Shown: piece by piece, positions 63,986 to 64,000 of the stretch
Numbering within the stretch: position 1 is the first letter of the stretch
Layout: each line of letters begins with the position of its first letter
NCBI GenBank assembly: GCA_030704615.1
Contig: CM060733.1
Coordinates: 17,422,001-17,486,000, forward strand
Direction of reading: 5' to 3'
DNA length: 64,000 nt
Source: Takakia lepidozioides
Lineage: Eukaryota > Plantae > Bryophyta
Notes under the pieces: generated by a model
Seen by the model: the letters and a program-made list of their open reading frames with translations, nothing else
The model's database searches: none
Told to the model about the DNA's origin: nothing
Program-made: the position numbers and the translations under genes

Positions 63986-64000
63986 CCACAGCTCCATGCC

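Larger units (their letters stand above)
55307..64000 (-). mobile_element. Mutator-like DNA transposon M, copy 3 (independent insertion; full-length ParB/MTase gene; continues beyond window)
   Basis: Reverse complement of copies 1/2 with a different flank at 55306 and an extra 2.8 kb. Confidence 0.9.

Overview
This is eukaryotic, transposon-dense DNA, most likely from a non-flowering land plant (PLS-class PPR remnants, spliceosomal introns). No intact host gene is present. Two unusual mobile systems dominate. (1) Element M is a Mutator-like DNA transposon present in three copies (1-5886 +, 13536-24527 +, 55307-64000 -). It carries a GCM/WRKY-type plus DDE MULE transposase and, divergently, an intron-containing gene fusing a ParB/Srx-like domain (WDGNHR) to a beta-class N4C/N6A DNA-methyltransferase-like domain. 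Its non-coding DNA holds arrays of a 22-bp palindrome, GGAAATGC-GGYRCC-GCATTTCC, spaced at near-integer helical turns (ten in a row exactly 53 bp apart). Decayed sister elements at about 45.8-47.0 kb and 49.2-51.6 kb carry their own variant palindromes around a similar CGGYRCCG-type core. (2) Element G1 is a Ty3/gypsy retrotransposon encoding a DNMT3-like C5 methyltransferase and a PHD-finger integrase. Its termini are split repeats (B...A-B-A) bounded by a 4-bp TSD, and a self-complementary sequence replaces the tRNA PBS, which suggests integration from a circular intermediate. These elements are nested (G1 > G2 gypsy > G3 Tat-like gypsy > M), broken by an inversion, and partly duplicated across a 500-N gap, probably as an assembly overlap. 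Also present are a tRNA-derived SINE, a TTAA-flanked piggyBac-like element, a hAT fragment, a small foldback element and a PPR pseudogene. All domain calls come from motif recognition by eye; no database search was run.
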